A stretch of DNA of 64,000 nt from Nostoc sp. DedSLP01. GTDB taxonomy: Bacteria; Cyanobacteriota; Cyanobacteriia; Cyanobacteriales; Nostocaceae. Below are positions 63,291 to 64,000 of this stretch, piece by piece; within the stretch, counting starts at the first letter, position 1, and every line of letters starts with the position of its first letter. Under the pieces are notes generated by a model. That model made no database searches. It saw only the letters and a list, made by a program, of their open reading frames with translations, and had not been told where the DNA came from. The DNA lies in contig JAVRCJ020000017.1 of NCBI GenBank assembly GCA_034530875.2, positions 96,001 to 160,000 of the forward strand, read 5' to 3'. The translations under genes and the position numbers were made by a program.

Positions 63291-64000
63291 ATGCAGCGCC
63301 AAAAAATATCAGCCAAGGCAAGCCAGTTTACAGAATCGGTAATTCGGGAAATGACAAGAGTAGCACTGCAACATAGTGCAGTGAACTTAGCCCAAGGATT
63401 TCCCGATTTTCCCTGTCCGATTGAGTTAAAACAGGCAGCTTATGAAGCAATAGAGGCGGATGTTAACCAGTATGCTATCACTTGGGGCGATGGCCCATTT
63501 CGGGAAGCGATCGCCAAAAAAGTCGCCTGGTATCTTGGCTTAGATATCAACCCGGAAACCCAAATCACTGTTACTTGTGGTTCTACAGAAGCAATGGCAG
63601 CTGTGATGCTAGCAACAGTCAATCCTGGGGACGAAGTAATTGTATTTGAGCCTTATTACGAAAACTATGGCCCCGATGCGATTCTAGCTGGCGCTACACC
63701 CCGCTATGTGACATTGCATCCCCCCCATTGGACATTTGATGAAACGCAGTTGCGTCAAGCTTTCAATGCCAATACCAAAGCGATTATTATCAACACACCC
63801 CACAACCCGACTGGTAAAGTTTTCACTCGTGAAGAACTCAGCCTAATTGCCGAACTTTGCCAAAAGTGGGATGTCCTCGCCTTCACTGACGAAATCTACG
63901 AACACATTCTTTATGATGGCGCTCAACATATCGCTTTAGCGACCCTTCCGGGAATGGAAGAACGCACCATTACCATTAACGGTTTATCTAAAACTTACAG
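63291..64000 (+). CDS. PLP-dependent class I/II aminotransferase (partial, runs off the right edge)
   Basis: Manual translation MQRQKISAKASQFTESVIREMT...AVNLAQGFPDF, EPYYENY, NTPHNPTGK, DEIYE, INGLSKTY. Confidence 0.92.
   Translation, partial: MQRQKISAKASQFTESVIREMTRVALQHSAVNLAQGFPDFPCPIELKQAAYEAIEADVNQYAITWGDGPFREAIAKKVAWYLGLDINPETQITVTCGSTEAMAAVMLATVNPGDEVIVFEPYYENYGPDAILAGATPRYVTLHPPHWTFDETQLRQAFNANTKAIIINTPHNPTGKVFTREELSLIAELCQKWDVLAFTDEIYEHILYDGAQHIALATLPGMEERTITINGLSKTY

Overview
64 kb of a heterocyst-forming cyanobacterial chromosome (Nostoc-like: dense HIP1 octamers GCGATCGC, heptamer STRR tracts, REP/MITE-like palindromes). The backbone is housekeeping: leuCD, mazG, proA, menF-menA-menC-menE plus DHNA-CoA thioesterase, devT-like phosphoesterase, nadA, gshA, trmL, LysM-M23 peptidase, glcEF, ssuE, msrB and four tRNAs (Val, Ser, Tyr, Thr). 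Five accessory features stand out. (1) A complete ~6.95-kb integrase element in tRNA-Thr(GGT), bounded by a perfect 50-bp direct repeat. It has no recognisable capsid, replicase or conjugation gene, but carries four ribbon-helix-helix-like ORFs, a Mu-gp27/terminase-small-subunit-like ORF and a symmetric array of six outward-facing 38-bp repeats: a candidate cyanobacterial phage satellite. (2) A two-gene module: a signal-peptide-bearing Tse6/TNT-like NAD glycohydrolase domain followed by a Tsi6-like protein, with no secretion-system adaptor domains. (3) A DUF4209/HEPN-like protein whose C-terminal tail looks like an antitoxin and is translationally coupled to a VapC. (4) An ABC-type ATPase plus PD-(D/E)xK-like gene pair downstream of tRNA-Ser. 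(5) A superfamily-1 helicase with an IF2 N-terminal domain. Three in-frame 21-27-nt insertions into HIP1 sites were also found. All family assignments come from motif recognition by eye; no searches were run.
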